This document shows, piece by piece, positions 63,498 through 64,000 of a DNA stretch of 64,000 nt. A program made the translations under genes and the position numbers. The DNA comes from Felis catus (lineage: Eukaryota): positions 52,578,001 to 52,642,000 of the forward strand of contig NC_058382.1 of the NCBI RefSeq assembly GCF_018350175.1. Direction: 5' to 3'. Positions within the stretch are counted from its first letter, which is position 1; every line of letters begins with the position of its first letter. Below the pieces are notes generated by a model, which had not been told where the DNA came from, did not search any database, and saw only the letters and a list, made by a program, of their open reading frames with translations.

Positions 63498-64000
63498 TAT
63501 AGCCATTGCAGCCGGGTTCTCCCCGTTGAAGTTGGAGAAACAGGGGTACTTGGCCTCTCATTTGCCTTTACAGTGGAGACCTCGAGGCCCCCTGAGCGTC
63601 TCTGGGGTATGGTTTGTGCACAAACCATACCTTCACCCCCCAGCTCCTTCCTACCCTGCCTCAGTGTCTCGGGAGGCTGACCTCAGCGGGCTGTCCTGCT
63701 CTCTCACGCTCAGGTTGGACTCACCAGTGATGGGCATTTACCCGTGGGAATTCAGAACAAAGCAAGGTTGTGCTGTTTAATCCCCAGGCTTGCTCCCTGC
63801 CGGGTGGGGGTGGACAGCCTTCTTCCATAGCAGGGCAAGGGCAGGGAGCTCTCCGTTCTCTTATTCACCACAGGTCACGGCACACGCCTCACCGGTTCCC
63901 TAGACCCCACGCCGATCTTCGCCAACAGCGCCTCTCTTAAACACTCCTCAAATTACCCATTTTGAGCGTGCCACCTGTACCTTGCCAGGACCTTGACCAG

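Overview
Non-coding mammalian genomic DNA, almost certainly from a felid, judged by about 11 tRNA-derived Can-SINE/SINEC_Fc copies. I found no credible protein-coding exon, RNA gene or CRISPR array; the only ORFs with recognisable protein sequence are decayed LINE-1 ORF2 C-terminal remnants. The window is a mosaic of old eutherian repeats (MIR, L2, L1M, MaLR/ERVL solo LTRs, hAT/Tigger DNA transposons), carnivore SINEs and microsatellites. Between these lie several repeat-free islands rich in homeodomain, posterior-HOX, MEIS, T-box, SOX and TCF-type motifs, resembling the enhancer landscape of a developmental-gene desert or large intron. The best-supported observations are: an old local duplication in which one copy grew a ~400-bp GAT/GGT array; a SINE pair with a triplicated target site that reveals insertion order; a very young SINE with a perfect 18-bp target-site duplication (TSD); and an apparently AT->GC-skewed L1 fragment. 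I see no evidence for a new multi-gene system. Repeat subfamily names come from remembered consensus motifs, not a database search, and boundaries of old repeats are approximate.
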